From assembly GCA_964386195.1 (NCBI GenBank), contig CAYLTE010000001.1, positions 2,650-66,649 on the forward strand: 64,000 nt of DNA. The letters are read 5' to 3'. The notes under the pieces were generated by a model, which did no database searches, was not told where the DNA came from, and worked only from the letters and a program-made list of their open reading frames with translations. Origin of the DNA: an uncultured Burkholderiales bacterium. GTDB taxonomy: Bacteria > Pseudomonadota > Gammaproteobacteria > Burkholderiales > SHXO01. The translations under genes and the position numbers were made by a program. Positions 46,929 through 56,106 of the stretch are shown in pieces (the first letter of the stretch is position 1; each line of letters starts with the position of its first letter).

Positions 46929-47135
46929 ATGGCACGCATAACCGTGGACGACTGCCTGAAAGCTATTCCCAATCGTTTCGTGTTGACCCTGGCGGCGACG
47001 TACCGGGCGCGGCAACTCACCCAGGGCGCCTCGCCGATGATCGATGGCGCACGCGACAAGCCGACGGTGACCGCGCTGCGAGAGATCGCGGCCGGCAAGG
47101 TGGGAACCGAAATCCTCAATCGAGGCCAGACCTGA
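46929..47135 (+). CDS. rpoZ: DNA-directed RNA polymerase subunit omega
   Basis: [30 protein letters not shown]. The ATG at 46929 lies inside track ORF 46923..47135. Confidence 0.93.
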   Translation: MARITVDDCLKAIPNRFVLTLAATYRARQLTQGASPMIDGARDKPTVTALREIAAGKVGTEILNRGQT

Positions 47136-47224
47136 AGGCAGCGCCTCACCCGACGGCGCGGTAGCCCGCCCGCCGATCCGACCCGCCTCGTACCGGCCGC
47201 GTGCCCCAGCCGTTGAACGCCAAC

Positions 47225-49339
47225 ATGTCCGAGGCCCAGCTCCTACTCAGAGACGCCACCAGCTACCTGCGCGCCGAGGACGTGCGCCAGCTGCAGTCCG
47301 CCTACGAGTTCTCCGAAGCCGCGCACGAGGGGCAGTTCCGACGCTCGGGCGAACCCTATATCTCTCACCCGGTTGCCGTGGCCACCATCCTCGCCCAGTG
47401 GCACCTCGACCCGCAGGCGCTCACCGCGGCACTGCTGCACGACGTGATGGAGGACACCACCGTCACCAAGGTCGAAATCAGCGAGTGCTTCGGCAAGATG
47501 GTTGCCGACCTGGTCGACGGAGTGTCCAAGCTCGACAAGATCGAGTTCGAGAGCCAGGAGCACGCCCAGGCGGAGAACTTCCGCAAGATGCTGCTGGCAA
47601 TGGCGCGCGACGTGCGCGTCATCCTGATCAAGCTGGCCGACCGGCTGCACAACATGCGCACGCTCGATGCGATGCACCCGAAGAAGCGGGCGCGCATCGC
47701 CCGGGAAACGCTGGAGATCTACGCGCCCATCGCCAATCGCCTGGGCCTCAACAGCCTCTATCAGGAACTCGAGGACCTCGCGTTCCAGAACCTGTACCCG
47801 AACCGCTACCGCGTGCTGCGCAAGGCGCTCGAGCAGCAGCGCGGCAACCGCAAGGAAGTCGTCGAGCGCATTCAGGCCGGGATCCGGCAGCGACTGGAGG
47901 ACGCGGGCATCGAGGCCCAGGTGACCGGGCGCGAGAAGAACCTGTACAGCATCTACCGCAAGATGCAGGACAAGAATCTGTCCTTCTCGAAGGTACTCGA
48001 CATCTACGCCTTCCGCGTGATCGTGCACGACGTTCCCGCCTGCTATCTCACGCTTGGCGCGCTGCACGGCCTGTACAAGCCGATCCCCGGCAAATTCAAG
48101 GACTACATCGCCATCCCGAAGGCCAACGGCTACCAGTCTCTGCACACGACGCTGTTCGGGCCGTTCGGCAGTCCGATCGAGATCCAGATCCGCACGCTCG
48201 AGATGCACAAGCTGGCCGAAGCCGGCGTGGCTGCGCACTGGCTGTACAAGAGCACCGACGCGTCGCTGAGCGAACTGCAGCAGAAGACGCACCAGTGGCT
48301 GCAGAGCCTGCTCGAGATGCAGTCCGAGAGCGTCGACTCGGTCGAGTTCCTCGAGCACGTGAAAGTCGACCTTTTCCCGGACGAGACCTACGTGTTCACG
48401 CCCAAGGGAAAGATCATGGCGCTGCCGCACGGCGCGACCTGCGTGGACTTCGCTTACTCCGTGCACACCGACATCGGCAACCGCTGCGTGGCCGCCAAGC
48501 TCAATCACGAGCTGGTGCCGCTGCGCACGGAGCTGAAGAACGGCGACCGCGTCGAGATCATCACCGCAAGCCACGCGAAGCCGAATCCCTCGTGGCTCAA
48601 CTTCGTGGTCACGGCGAAGGCGCGGCACCACATCCGCCACTTCCTCAAGACCATGCAGTACCAGGAGTCAGCGCAGCTCGGCGAGCGCCTGCTGTCGCAA
48701 GCCCTGGGTGCGCTGGGAGGCCGGCTGCGCGGCATTTCCGAGGCGGACTGGGAGCGACTGCTCAAGGAAAGCGGCAGCAAGGATCGCCAGGAGATCCTCG
48801 CCGACATCGGCCTCGGGCGCGTGCTCGCCATCGTCATCGCACGCAAGCTCCTGCCCACCGCCGGTGCGTCGAGCGCTCCGGCCGCCAGTGCCGGTCCGAT
48901 CGTCATCCGCGGCTCCGAGGGCATGGCCCTGCAGTTCGCCAAGTGCTGCCATCCCATCCCGGGCGATCCGATCATCGGCTTCATCAAGAAGGGACGTGGC
49001 ATGATCGTGCACACGCACGACTGCCCGGTGATCGCCAGGATGAAACGCGAGCCGGAGAAGTGGCTCGACGTGGAGTGGGCGCCCGAGACGCGCAAGCTGT
49101 TCTCGGTGAACATCAAGCTGCTGGCTTCCAACCAGCAGGGTGTCCTGGCGAAGGTGGCGGCGGAGATCTCGGACAACGATTCGAACATCGAGAACGTCAG
49201 CGTGGAACCGGGCGACAGCCCGGCCTACAGCAACATCCACTTCACCCTTCAGGTGCACAACCGGCTGCATCTCGCGCAGATCATGCGCGGGCTGCGCCGG
49301 CTCCCGGAAGTAATAAGAATCAACCGACTCAAAGGATAG
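47225..49339 (+). CDS. spoT: bifunctional (p)ppGpp synthetase/hydrolase (SpoT/Rsh)
   Basis: HD hydrolase motif HPVAVATIL...LLHDVMEDT, synthetase RFKDYIA-type region (GKFKDYIAIPKANGYQSLH), and TGS and ACT regions. ATG 47225 preferred, with GTG 47201 as an alternative. Confidence 0.93.
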   Translation: MSEAQLLLRDATSYLRAEDVRQLQSAYEFSEAAHEGQFRRSGEPYISHPVAVATILAQWHLDPQALTAALLHDVMEDTTVTKVEISECFGKMVADLVDGVSKLDKIEFESQEHAQAENFRKMLLAMARDVRVILIKLADRLHNMRTLDAMHPKKRARIARETLEIYAPIANRLGLNSLYQELEDLAFQNLYPNRYRVLRKALEQQRGNRKEVVERIQAGIRQRLEDAGIEAQVTGREKNLYSIYRKMQDKNLSFSKVLDIYAFRVIVHDVPACYLTLGALHGLYKPIPGKFKDYIAIPKANGYQSLHTTLFGPFGSPIEIQIRTLEMHKLAEAGVAAHWLYKSTDASLSELQQKTHQWLQSLLEMQSESVDSVEFLEHVKVDLFPDETYVFTPKGKIMALPHGATCVDFAYSVHTDIGNRCVAAKLNHELVPLRTELKNGDRVEIITASHAKPNPSWLNFVVTAKARHHIRHFLKTMQYQESAQLGERLLSQALGALGGRLRGISEADWERLLKESGSKDRQEILADIGLGRVLAIVIARKLLPTAGASSAPAASAGPIVIRGSEGMALQFAKCCHPIPGDPIIGFIKKGRGMIVHTHDCPVIARMKREPEKWLDVEWAPETRKLFSVNIKLLASNQQGVLAKVAAEISDNDSNIENVSVEPGDSPAYSNIHFTLQVHNRLHLAQIMRGLRRLPEVIRINRLKG

Positions 49340-49405
49340 GCCACAGGCGACACGGCGCTTGCTGGACAGCCGGTCCGGCACGTCTTGCGCACCGCTCCCC
49401 CGACC

Positions 49406-50158
49406 ATGGAACTCTTCTCGCCCCAGTTCTTCTCGGCCCTGCTGGCCATCATCATCATCGACCTGGTCCTCGCCGGCGACAACGCCATCGTGATCGCGCT
49501 CGCCGCGCGCAAGCTGCCCCAGCACCTGCAGATGCGCGCGGTGGTCTGGGGGACGGGCGGCGCGATCGCGGTGCGCGTGGCGATGACCCTGATCGTGGTC
49601 CAGCTGCTCAAGATCCCCGGACTGATGCTGGCTGGCGGCGTCCTGCTGGTGTGGATCGCCTACAAGCTGCTGGCAGGGGACGACCACGAGGACGAGCACG
49701 CAGCCGGCAGCAAGATCACCGGTTTCTGGTCGGCCATCCGCACCATCGTCATCGCGGACGCGGTGATGGGGCTGGACAACGTGCTGGGTGTCGCGGGGGC
49801 CGCGCACGGCAGCATGCTCCTGGTCGTGATCGGCCTGCTCATCAGCATCCCGATCATGGTCTGGGGCAGCACGCTCATCCTGAAGCTGGTCGATCGCTAC
49901 CCGGCGATCGTGTACATCGGTGCCGGCGTGCTCGCCTGGACCGCCGCCAAGATGATCCTGCACGAGCCACTCGTCGCCACGCGGATCGCCGGCATGCCGT
50001 GGGTGAACTGGCTCGTCTACCTCGTGATCATCGGAGGGGTGCTGGGAGTCGGCAAGCTGCGCAACGCCAAACCGAAGCCGGCAGGAATCGTGCTCCCGGA
50101 GCACGGCAGCGAGGCGCCGCGCCAGGGGCACGGTTCGGGACCTGACGGGAACGCTTGA
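49406..50158 (+). CDS. TerC family membrane protein
   Basis: Start MELFSPQFF. DLVLAGDNAIVIAL and DAVMGLDNVLGVAG repeats. Confidence 0.88.
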   Translation: MELFSPQFFSALLAIIIIDLVLAGDNAIVIALAARKLPQHLQMRAVVWGTGGAIAVRVAMTLIVVQLLKIPGLMLAGGVLLVWIAYKLLAGDDHEDEHAAGSKITGFWSAIRTIVIADAVMGLDNVLGVAGAAHGSMLLVVIGLLISIPIMVWGSTLILKLVDRYPAIVYIGAGVLAWTAAKMILHEPLVATRIAGMPWVNWLVYLVIIGGVLGVGKLRNAKPKPAGIVLPEHGSEAPRQGHGSGPDGNA

Positions 50159-50244
50159 TCTGAATCAAGGCACTCGGGCCGGCTAGGCCGGAAAGTGGCA
50201 AGATGTTGGTGGACTGTGCGGAATCGAAACGCACCGGAGGTGGC

Positions 50245-50565
50245 ATGAAGTCGACGGTCTTTACTTTGGCGGCCCTGGCACTGCTGCAGCTGGGCGGCAC
50301 GGCCTACGCGACGGACAGCGATGGCAGCTTGGACGCGTTGCGCGAATCCACGCCCCGGTCGACGCAGACGGCGCGCCAGGAGACGCTGGAACTGCCTGGG
50401 CTGACGGCCTGCCATCAATGCGAATGGCGCCCCAAGATGAACAAGATGGCGGCGCAGGAGCAGTGCGGCTCGGGGGTGGACGGCAGCGCGAAGTACGGTC
50501 AGTTCGAGTGCGGCTTCTCGCCGGACTGCGACCGTGTCTGCAACTTCATCCAGTGCGTCGAGTAG
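50245..50565 (+). CDS. small secreted Cys-rich protein (106 aa), hypothetical
   Basis: MKSTVFTLAALALLQLGGTAYA signal peptide. The mature part has 7 Cys (CHQC...QCG...ECG...DCD..VC...QC). It has its own downstream hairpin. Confidence 0.55.
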   Translation: MKSTVFTLAALALLQLGGTAYATDSDGSLDALRESTPRSTQTARQETLELPGLTACHQCEWRPKMNKMAAQEQCGSGVDGSAKYGQFECGFSPDCDRVCNFIQCVE

Positions 50566-50586
50566 ACCTCGTCGCGCCGCAAGCTT

Positions 50587-50615
50587 GAGACCGGGCGGCG
50601 CTGCCGCCCGGTCTC
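50587..50615 (+). terminator. GC-rich hairpin (13-bp stem) between convergent genes
   Basis: GAGACCGGGCGGC-gct-GCCGCCCGGTCTC followed by GTTTC. It lies 21 nt after the stop of the Cys-rich ORF. Confidence 0.55.
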
Positions 50616-50664
50616 GTTTCAGAAACCCGGTGTCGTTTCGGAAACCCGGGGTCGTTTCAGGAAC
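50611..50664. repeat. 20-nt tandem repeat (about 2.5 copies), each copy carrying a GTTTC-n-GAAAC palindrome
   Basis: TCGTTTCAGAAACCCGGTG / TCGTTTCGGAAACCCGGGG / TCGTTTCAGGAACC read directly in the 102-nt convergent intergenic region. Confidence 0.6.
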
Positions 50665-50667
50665 CGC

Positions 50668-51906
50668 TCAGGACCTCGGACGCTGCATCTTGCAGCTCGT
50701 ATCCGTCGCGGTGTCGTTTGCCTCGATCCGCCCGTCCGTGCGGAAGCCCAGTCCGGTGCGCTCCAGGTCGAACTTCACGCCCGGCTTGCCTGCCTTGGTG
50801 AAGGTGGAGATGAACATCGGCTGCAGCAGCTGATGGTTGTCCTTGCGCATCGTGACCTCGCCCGTGAAGGTCTGGAGCTTCATGCCCTCGAGCGCCTGCG
50901 CGACCTTGAGCGGGTCGGTCGACTTCGCCGACTCGATCGCCTTGGCCAGCATCTCGATCACGTTGCGCGAGGCGAGCCACACGAAGTCGTCCTTGCTGTC
51001 GGGATAGCGCTTGCGATAGGCCTCGACCAGCGCGTCGGACTTGGGATCGCCGACGTTCGCATGCCAGTGGCTGATCTGCTTGACGTGCTCGGCGCCTGCC
51101 TCGCCGATCGCGGTGGGCCCACCGGCGATGCCGGCGTAGTACGTGTAGTAGTCCACGGCCAGCCCCGCGTCCTTGCCAGCCTTGACCAGCAGCGACAGAT
51201 CCGCGCCCCAGTTTCCCGTCACGACCGAGTCGGCACCCGATGCCTTGATCTTGGCGATGTAGGGCGCGAAGTCCTTGACCTTGCCCAGCGGGTGCAGATC
51301 GTCGCCCACGATCTTGATGTCGGGCCGCTTCTTCGCAAGCATCTCCCGCGCGCTCTTCGACACCGCCTGACCGAAGGCGTAGTCCTGATTGATCAGGTAG
51401 ACCTTCTGGATCTTCTTCTGCTGCGCCATGTAGTTGGTGAGCGCCTGCATCTTCATGTCGGCGTCCGCGTCGAAGCGGAAGTGCCAGAAATTGCAGCGCT
51501 CGTTCGTCAGCGCCGGATCGACCGCTGCATAGTTGAGAAACAGGATGGTGCTCTTGGGATTGCGGCGGTTGTGCTTGGCGACACCGTCGGACAGAGCCGC
51601 TGCCACGGCCGAGGAATTGCCCTGCATCACGTAGCGCACGCCCTGATCGGTGAGCTGCTTCAGTGCGTTCAGCGCCTCCTGCGGATTCGCCTTGCTGTCC
51701 AGCGCCACCAGCTCGAACTTCTGCCCGTTCGCTCCGCCGCGCGCATTGATCTCCTCGACGACGAGCTGGAAGCCACGCAGACCCTGTTCGCCCACATTGG
51801 CGAAGGGCCCGGACAACGGGTCGACGAAGCCGATCTTGATGGTCTGGGCCTGCGCAGAGCCGACGGTCAGCGCCAGCGCGGCAGCGACCAGATACTTTCT
51901 CGACAT
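50668..51906 (-). CDS. ABC transporter substrate-binding protein, branched-chain amino acid (LivK/LivJ-like) family
   Basis: Start MSRKYLVAAALALTVGSAQAQ with AGGAGGAG RBS. IKIGFVDPLSGPFANVGE. No permease or ATPase genes adjacent. Confidence 0.9.
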   Translation of the reverse strand: MSRKYLVAAALALTVGSAQAQTIKIGFVDPLSGPFANVGEQGLRGFQLVVEEINARGGANGQKFELVALDSKANPQEALNALKQLTDQGVRYVMQGNSSAVAAALSDGVAKHNRRNPKSTILFLNYAAVDPALTNERCNFWHFRFDADADMKMQALTNYMAQQKKIQKVYLINQDYAFGQAVSKSAREMLAKKRPDIKIVGDDLHPLGKVKDFAPYIAKIKASGADSVVTGNWGADLSLLVKAGKDAGLAVDYYTYYAGIAGGPTAIGEAGAEHVKQISHWHANVGDPKSDALVEAYRKRYPDSKDDFVWLASRNVIEMLAKAIESAKSTDPLKVAQALEGMKLQTFTGEVTMRKDNHQLLQPMFISTFTKAGKPGVKFDLERTGLGFRTDGRIEANDTATDTSCKMQRPRS

Positions 51907-52042
51907 ACTTTCTCCTCCTGTTATCGACCGCAGTGGCGCGGTTCGTACCGACGCAACATCGCTGCGATACGGCCGCGCGCTTGGCGCGCGTCGAGCCGAC
52001 CGCATGACCGCATTCTAGCGCCCGCTGCGGCGAGCCGGGCGT

Positions 52043-53032
52043 TCAGCGCAACAGGAAGACGGCGAAGTGCTCGAGTGGATCGCTCCACCGGACTGCCTCA
52101 GGGAACCCCGCTTCGCGCGCAAGCGATTCGAACTGGGCCGGCCGGTACTTGTAGGAGTTCTCGGTGTGGATCGTTTCGCCCGCCTCGAAGAGGAAGGTCC
52201 GGCCGGCCACGTGCACGCGCTGCGCGCGCAGACTGACCAGGTGCATCTCGACGCGCTGCGCGCGGATGTCGTAGAAGGCTCGATGCGCGAACGCCGACAG
52301 ATCGAAGTCCGCACCCAGCTCCCGATTGATGCGCGTCAGGACATTCAGATTGAAACGCGCGGTGATGCCCTCCGGGTCGTCGTAGGCGCGCTCGAGGATC
52401 TCCTGCGGCTTGACCAGGTCGATTCCGATCAGGCAGGCGCCCGCCGGCGCCGTCAGCGCCCGCATCGCCCGCAGAAAATCCCGCGCCGCTGCCGGCTCGA
52501 AGTTGCCAAGCGTGGAACCCGGGAAGAACAGCACTCTCGGCCCGGGTGCCGCGGACAGCTGATCCTGCACGCGGGGGTCGGCGAAATCGCCTGCCAGGGC
52601 GGTGACCTGCAACTGCGGATACTCCTCGGCTAGGCGTCGTGCCTCGTCGAAGAGCTGCCGCTCGGATACGTCGACCGCGAAGTACGAACGAGGCCGCAGC
52701 GCCGGCAGCAGCAGTCGGATCTTGCGCATCTCCCCTGCGCCAGGTTCGATCACTGCCGTTCCCGCGCCCAATGCGTGGGCGAGGTCCTCCGCGCAGCGGC
52801 TCAGGATTCCCGTCTCGAGCCGCGTGGGATAGTAGGCCTGCGTTGCGCACAACTCCTGGAACAGGCGGGCACCGGTCGCGTCGTAGAAGAGCTTGGGCGG
52901 CAGGCGCTTGGGAATGCCCGCAAGACCCGTCAGGACGTCGCCCCGGATGCCTGCATCACGGCCAGGCAGCGAACGCAGTGTCAGATTGGAAGCCCCGGGC
53001 AACGGTACGCCAGTCATCAGCACGCTTGTCAT
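52043..53032 (-). CDS. egtD: L-histidine N-alpha-methyltransferase EgtD
   Basis: 329 aa. PPKLFYDATGARLFQELC..YYPTRLE, EPGAGE, FFPGSTLGNF, HTENSYKY. Confidence 0.88.
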   Translation of the reverse strand: MTSVLMTGVPLPGASNLTLRSLPGRDAGIRGDVLTGLAGIPKRLPPKLFYDATGARLFQELCATQAYYPTRLETGILSRCAEDLAHALGAGTAVIEPGAGEMRKIRLLLPALRPRSYFAVDVSERQLFDEARRLAEEYPQLQVTALAGDFADPRVQDQLSAAPGPRVLFFPGSTLGNFEPAAARDFLRAMRALTAPAGACLIGIDLVKPQEILERAYDDPEGITARFNLNVLTRINRELGADFDLSAFAHRAFYDIRAQRVEMHLVSLRAQRVHVAGRTFLFEAGETIHTENSYKYRPAQFESLAREAGFPEAVRWSDPLEHFAVFLLR

Positions 53033-53080
53033 TGTACGAAGGGGCGCTGGCCGGCGCCGTCATTGAACACTTCGGGCGCC

Positions 53081-53377
53081 TCAGCAGGCCGCGTTCCCGG
53101 CCCGGTTCCTGGGGCGGCGCCTGCTAACGCGCGCCCACCAGCCTGGTCGGGCGGGTGGAGGCTCGATGAACAGCACTGCCTCCTCGCCCCAGGCTTCCAC
53201 CAGCGCACCAGCCGATGCGCCAACGGTCATCGACCCACCGGCGATCAGAAAGTGGTCGCGCGCATCTCCGGGTTGCGTGACCCAGAGGGTGCCGGCGATG
53301 CAGCGCACCCGCGTGCCAGGCTCGACCTGCAGATGATAACCCCGCTCCAGCTTTCGCACGACCCGTCCTCCCGGCAC
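53081..53377 (-). CDS. DUF2917-like small protein
   Basis: 98 aa. ...IAGTLWVTQPGDARDHFLIAGGSMTV..., recalled as the DUF2917 pattern. Divergent from a MocR-type regulator. Confidence 0.6.
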   Translation of the reverse strand: MPGGRVVRKLERGYHLQVEPGTRVRCIAGTLWVTQPGDARDHFLIAGGSMTVGASAGALVEAWGEEAVLFIEPPPARPGWWARVSRRRPRNRAGNAAC

Positions 53378-53541
53378 CTGCTGCTCTCTACCCGGGATGC
53401 TAGGTCGGGACGCAAACCCATAACAGATGCAGCAAAATAGAACATGAACCGTATCAGATGCACCTTGCAGCAGACTGTACCGCTCGATTCGGAAGCCCGC
53501 TGTGCCTGTTCCGGCTGGACGCGATCCACCACCATTAGCTG

Positions 53542-55002
53542 ATGAACGCGCGTTTTCCTCACCTGTATCAGGAGCTTGCCGGCCGGTTGGCGCAGGCGAT
53601 CAAGTCCGGCAGCCTCAAGGCCGGTGACCGCCTGCCGTCTGTACGCCAGCTCTCCTCCCAGCACCAGGTCAGCATCGCCACCGCCATGCAGGCCTACCGC
53701 TGGCTCGAGAACCAGCGGTTGATCGAGGCTCGACCGAAGTCGGGGTACTTCGTGCTCACCCAGCGGCGCATTCCGGAGCCCGCGCAGTCGACTCCACCGA
53801 GCGCACCGGCCTTCGTCGGCATCAGTGGCCTGGTGATGGAGTATCTGGCCTGTTCCGAGCGAGCTGGAGTCGTCCCCCTCGGCTGCGCCACACCCTGCGA
53901 CACGCTGTATCCCGGAGAGCGCCTGGCACGGCTGATGGCCGGTGCCGCCCGCCGCCGTCCAGCGCTCATCTCACACTACGGCATGTCCACGGGGCATCCT
54001 GCGCTTCGCGCTGCGATCGCCCGCCGCGGGGTCGAGTTCGGCTGCAGCCTGGTTCCCGAGGAGATCGTCGTCACCAACGGCTGCACGGAGGCCCTCAACC
54101 TGGCATTGCGCGCGGTCGCCGGGCCCGGGGACACGATCGCCATCGAGTCCCCGACCTACTTCACGCTGCTTCAGTTGATCGAGAACCTCGGGATGCGGGC
54201 GCTCGAGATTCCGACCCATCCGCGCGACGGCATCTCGCTCGAGGCGCTCGACCTGGCCACGCGCATCCCCGGACAAGTGAAGGCGGTGATGCTGATCCCG
54301 AACTTCAGCAATCCGCTCGGCTGCCTCATGCCAGATGCGAAGAAGGAGAGTGTGGTGCGCATGCTGCAGCTGCGCGGCATTCCGCTCATCGAAGACGACA
54401 TCTACGGCGAGGTCCACTTCGGCGAGGCACGGCCGTTCGTGGCAAAGGCCTGGGACGACAGCGGCAACGTGTTGCTGTGCGGATCCTTCACCAAGAACCT
54501 CGCTCCCGGCTTGCGCATCGGCTGGATCGCGCCCGGTCGCTTCCGCGAGCGCGTGGAGATGCTCAAGTTCATGACCTCGATCACCACACCCGAACTGCCC
54601 CAGGTGGCGATCGCCGAGTTCATCGGCAACGGGGGCTACGACCATCACCTGCGCAAGCTGCGCGCGGCCTTTGCGCAGCAGGTACAGCGCACCGCGGAGG
54701 CGGTGGTCGAACACTTTCCCGCCGGCTGCCGGATCACCGCGCCCGAAGGAGGCTTCGTGCTGTGGGTGGAACTGCCGCCGGCCGTCGACTCGGTCGCGCT
54801 GTTCCGCGCAGCGCGCGAGCAGAACATCGCCCTCGCACCCGGGCCGATGTTCACGTCCAGTGGACGCTACGCCAACTTCATCCGACTCAACTGCGGACAT
54901 CCATGGTCGTCGCGACTGGAGCTCGCGATCGCCCGGGTAGGCGAGCTCGTCGAGCGCCTGGCAAGAAGCGAAGGCCGAAGTCCTGCCGCTCGGGCCGATT
55001 GA
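53542..55002 (+). CDS. GntR-family transcriptional regulator with PLP aminotransferase-like domain (MocR/PdxR type)
   Basis: N-terminal wHTH (LPSVRQLSSQHQVSIATAMQAYRWLE) plus a ~380 aa fold-type I aminotransferase domain (SFTKNLAPGLRIGW). Confidence 0.9.
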   Translation: MNARFPHLYQELAGRLAQAIKSGSLKAGDRLPSVRQLSSQHQVSIATAMQAYRWLENQRLIEARPKSGYFVLTQRRIPEPAQSTPPSAPAFVGISGLVMEYLACSERAGVVPLGCATPCDTLYPGERLARLMAGAARRRPALISHYGMSTGHPALRAAIARRGVEFGCSLVPEEIVVTNGCTEALNLALRAVAGPGDTIAIESPTYFTLLQLIENLGMRALEIPTHPRDGISLEALDLATRIPGQVKAVMLIPNFSNPLGCLMPDAKKESVVRMLQLRGIPLIEDDIYGEVHFGEARPFVAKAWDDSGNVLLCGSFTKNLAPGLRIGWIAPGRFRERVEMLKFMTSITTPELPQVAIAEFIGNGGYDHHLRKLRAAFAQQVQRTAEAVVEHFPAGCRITAPEGGFVLWVELPPAVDSVALFRAAREQNIALAPGPMFTSSGRYANFIRLNCGHPWSSRLELAIARVGELVERLARSEGRSPAARAD

Positions 55003-55035
55003 AAGCCCGGGAGAAGGCAGTCTGCGCTACAGCGC

Positions 55036-56106
55036 TCACTTGCCAGCGTCGCGGGACCCTGCCCTTCTGGGAGCCCGCGCGCGGGCCATCGGGGGCGGGC
55101 GCACGCGGTAGTGCGGGCGGCCCTGCGGCTCGTGGTAGATGCGCGTCAGCAGTTCGCCGAGCACACCAGCGGCGATAAGCTGAACGGCCATGAGCACCAG
55201 CATCACGCCGAGCAGCAGCAGCGGCCGCCCGCCGATGGGGTGCCCGAACACCAGCTTGTCCACGGCGAGATAGCCCAGTGTCAGCCCGCCTGCGGCCAGC
55301 AGAAGCATGCCGATACCGCCGAAGGCCTGCAGCGGCCGATGCAGGAAGCGCATGAGGAAGCGGATCCAGAGCAGATCGAGCACGACACGCACCGTCCGGT
55401 CGAGTCCGTACTTGGAGCGCCCGTGCATGCGCGGGTGATGCTGCACGGGCACTTCCACGATGCGCGCACCGACATCGGCTGCCAGCGCAGGGATGAAGCG
55501 ATGCAGTTCGCCGTACAGACGCAGGTCGCGCACGACCTCGGCGCGATACACCTTCAGCGCGCATCCGTAGTCGTGCAGGCGTACACCGGTCACCCGCGAG
55601 ACGATGCGGTTGGCGATCGCCGAGGGCAGGCGTCGCGACAGGGCGCGGTCGCGGCGGCCCCGGCGCCAGCCGGAGATGACGTCGATCGCCGGGTCGGCGT
55701 CGAGCATGTCGAGGAGGCGCGGTATGTCGGCAGGATCGTTCTGCAGGTCGCCGTCGAGCGTGACCACGGTGTCGCCACGGGCCGCGTCGAACCCCGCCTG
55801 CAATGCCGCGGACTGGCCATAGTTGCGGATCAAGTGGATGGGGCGCAGCCACGGCCGCTCCGCTGCCAGGTCTGCCAGCAGCGCCGGGGTCGCATCGCGC
55901 GACCCGTCGTCCACGCAGATGAGTTCGAATGCGCGACAGGTGGGCGCGAGCGCAGCTTCGACACGCGCCACCAGCAGTTCGATGCTACCGGCCTCGTCGT
56001 AGACGGGGACGACCACAGACACGCACACGGCGGCGTCCGGTGACGTGCAGGCGTCGGCTGGCGGGGCGAAGCGTGTCCCCTCGCGCTGCACGAACGCGCG
56101 CGTCAT
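55036..56106 (-). CDS. family 2 glycosyltransferase, polyprenyl-phosphate sugar transferase type (ArnC/GtrB/DPM1-like)
   Basis: Start MTRAFVQ. VVVPVYDEAGS, VDDGSRD, DGDLQNDP, and two C-terminal TM helices. ATGA overlap with the upstream acyltransferase gene. Confidence 0.88.
   Translation of the reverse strand: MTRAFVQREGTRFAPPADACTSPDAAVCVSVVVPVYDEAGSIELLVARVEAALAPTCRAFELICVDDGSRDATPALLADLAAERPWLRPIHLIRNYGQSAALQAGFDAARGDTVVTLDGDLQNDPADIPRLLDMLDADPAIDVISGWRRGRRDRALSRRLPSAIANRIVSRVTGVRLHDYGCALKVYRAEVVRDLRLYGELHRFIPALAADVGARIVEVPVQHHPRMHGRSKYGLDRTVRVVLDLLWIRFLMRFLHRPLQAFGGIGMLLLAAGGLTLGYLAVDKLVFGHPIGGRPLLLLGVMLVLMAVQLIAAGVLGELLTRIYHEPQGRPHYRVRPPPMARARAPRRAGSRDAGK

Noticed and set aside
49340-49405. 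yybP-ykoY (Mn) riboswitch upstream of the TerC-family gene
   Set aside because: The gap is only 66 nt, and I could not find the conserved riboswitch core sequences.
47398-50145. 915 aa plus-strand ORF spanning spoT and the TerC gene
   Set aside because: It is an out-of-frame Arg/Pro/Gly-rich reading that crosses a real intergenic gap. spoT and the TerC gene in other frames explain the region.
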